From positions 34,286,001 to 34,350,000 of the forward strand of contig OZ024757.1 of assembly GCA_964016885.1 (NCBI GenBank): a stretch of 64,000 nt of DNA. The letters are read 5' to 3'. The notes below the pieces were generated by a model that was not told the origin of the DNA, did no database searches, and saw nothing but the letters and a program-made list of their open reading frames with translations. Positions 63,376 through 64,000 of this stretch are shown piece by piece (position 1 is the stretch's first letter; each line of letters opens with the position of its first letter). The stretch comes from Eledone cirrhosa. Lineage: Eukaryota. Made by a program: the position numbers and the translations under genes.

Positions 63376-63884
63376 ATCAAGAAAATCTGTTGTCGGTAAG
63401 GTTTATAAAATTTCATCATTTCTTTTATTCATAACACAATTCCTTCATATTATTATGGTTTAGCCAAGTGCGGTGAATTGGCAATACTTTTCCATGCTGG
63501 CATGAGTTGGATGAGACTTTTTCAAGCAATATTTTACAACCAGATGCCTTTCCTGACACTAACCCTTTTAGCCTCTTCTTACGACACACGATACAGGGAT
63601 ACCTATTCTAAACCAGAGACACACAGAATTATATAAATTACAATGAGGAAAATATTGAATGCTTTAACGATTTTAATAGATTTCTATTTTATGATTAATG
63701 TTTAAATAAACATTATAAAGTTTGATTAATAATCAAATATTTCGATAAACAATTTGTGCTGGGGAATATATCAGAAAGATGGTTCATACTAGAACTGTTT
63801 TCTGTAGTGGAAGGTGTTTAAATTATTTAAAAACAGAAACATTTCTGATTTGGTTGTGAAAGTTGGAGTTTGTTATTGGTATTT

Positions 63885-64000
63885 TGTAGTAGTAGTATTA
63901 GTGGTGGTGGTGGTATTGTATCGACTGTAGTAGTGGTGGTATTGTATTGACTGTAGTAGTAGTGGTGGTGGTGGTATTGTATTGACTGTTGTAGTGGTGG
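63885..64000. repeat. GTA/GTG-rich tandem repeat (GTGGTGGTATTGTATTGACTGTAGTA)
   Basis: At least three copies running to the window end. Confidence 0.85.

Overview
AT-rich eukaryotic genomic DNA with spliceosomal introns, microsatellites and dense SINE/LINE/MITE debris. Gene and repeat content best fit an octopod cephalopod (inference). The window opens with the last two coding exons of BORCS5 (+). A tandem cluster of C2H2 zinc-finger genes follows, each with a single coding exon: six intact (ZNF1 9881+, ZNF2 19971+, ZNF3 30055-, ZNF4 33783+, ZNF5 43067+, ZNF6 54035+; labels are mine) and one frameshifted pseudogene (ZNF7, ~62.1-63.4 kb). All seven share a conserved splice acceptor and a ~28-aa N-terminal leader peptide. 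Most also share a TATCGAAAC motif, a non-coding first exon ending ACG|GTAAGT and a micro-uORF. Most notable: (1) an intact Merlin/ISXO2-type transposase ORF with an altered catalytic triad, a candidate intron and no visible TIRs, lying head-to-head with ZNF6 (candidate domesticated gene); (2) several minimal hammerhead-ribozyme motifs, one inside a ~400-nt near-perfect hairpin; (3) an orphan minus-strand first exon at 39.8 kb; (4) an intronic repeat array whose junctions hold transposon pieces. All calls were made by eye, and repeat boundaries are approximate.
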